Origin: Negaprion brevirostris
Taxonomy: Eukaryota
Direction of reading: 5' to 3'
Assembly (NCBI GenBank): GCA_030324005.1
Contig: JARDVH010000099.1
Coordinates: 16,022,778 to 16,086,777 of the forward strand
DNA length: 64,000 nucleotides
A program made the position numbers and the translations under genes. Of this stretch, positions 63,201 to 64,000 are shown in pieces (position 1 is the first letter of the stretch; each line of letters begins with the position of its first letter). Below the pieces are notes generated by a model that was not told the DNA's origin, ran no database searches, and worked only from the letters and a program-made list of their open reading frames with translations.

Positions 63201-63763
63201 CAGACACACAATCTTCATTGTGTGTCAGCTCATGAACACCATATCACAGGTGGAAGCAAATATATTGGAACTAAATATAAAGCTCCTGTAAAATTGCTCC
63301 TGAACCGGGTTTCAGCATCAGACCTGCAGAGACCTCTTTCAGTCTAGCTAGCCATGTTCCACAGATGGAGGATGATCCATTGAAACAATGGCTGTTAGGG
63401 TGCCTGTTGTCCTTATATTTCACCTTATCATGTAAGGGAGGGGAAGGGGTGAGAGCAGATGAGGGTGAAAAAGAGTGTACACAATACCAGAATAAGGTGA
63501 GTGAAAGCTGTCACTGAGGATGAAGACAACAGGCTTCATGACAGGGTATGGTGAACACAGTCCCTGGTAGAAATTTGCCATTAGGAAACCAAGAAGAAAG
63601 TAGATGTGGAAAAAGAAGTTAATTTGTGGTCTCAAAGCAGGAAATCTACTCAGGAGTGCTGTAATACATCACATTTTAACCACTAGAATTTATGATGAGA
63701 ATGCTAGAATATATTTTGTGCAAGGTGATCAAGAGATTTAATGACAGCAAGGCTGATACTCAC

Positions 63764-63889
63764 AGACCATATGAAGAATTCACCGCCAGGCTGCTTATCT
63801 GCTGTGGAGGTTCACCATTAACCCATACTAGTTGAATCACTACTTCAGCCTGATAGCCTGCCCCTTGTTTTAATGGAGTACTTTTAATT
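63764..63889 (-). CDS. STXBP5: Tomosyn-1 coding exon (WD40 region), first exon in window; gene continues beyond 64000
   Basis: ttctccag|A ATT AAA...GGT CT|gtgagt; 126 nt; IKSTPLKQGAGYQAEVVIQLVWVNGEPPQQISSLAVNSSYGL matches recalled tomosyn VKNSPLKQSPGYQTELVIQLVWVGGEPPQQITSLAVNSSYGL. Confidence 0.95.
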
Positions 63890-64000
63890 CTGGAGAAGGA
63901 AATGTATATTTGATTAATTTGCAATCTTTTAGGATTGTGTGAATTGCACATAAAGATTGATTAATACGTTATAGTGCTTGGAACTGTCCACTTAGTCTAC

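Noticed and set aside
9929-63889. Assignment to STXBP5L (tomosyn-2) or LLGL
   Set aside because: The hypervariable exons match recalled tomosyn-1 sequence, and the C-terminal R-SNARE excludes LLGL.

Overview
This window is eukaryotic DNA with many N gaps. It is almost certainly from a shark or other elasmobranch, judging by its HE1/V-SINE, DeuSINE, CR1, L2 and Penelope repeat content. The only host gene is the 3' half of STXBP5 (tomosyn-1) on the minus strand. I traced 12 coding exons from 63889 down to the stop at 9929-9931; all visible boundaries are GT-AG and phase-consistent, and one donor lies in an N gap. They include the three frame-preserving cassette exons of the hypervariable region and the C-terminal R-SNARE motif, followed by a probable 1.2-2.8 kb 3'UTR. 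The introns are mostly decayed retroelements. Four observations stand out. (1) A TSD-flanked Penelope-type palindrome at 44.05-44.27 kb carries two oppositely oriented minimal hammerhead ribozymes; the core is intact only antisense to the gene, and a centrally deleted sister copy lies at 56.9-57.0 kb. (2) A second strong 3' splice site inside the last exon would add a hydrophobic Cys-Cys tail to the normally anchorless tomosyn SNARE. (3) The 3'UTR contains a hierarchical TGACATCA+CCAAT minisatellite. (4) Candidate poison micro-exons lie in the hypervariable-region introns. Family assignments come from recalled motifs, not from database searches, and repeat boundaries are approximate. I found no prokaryote-type system such as CRISPR.
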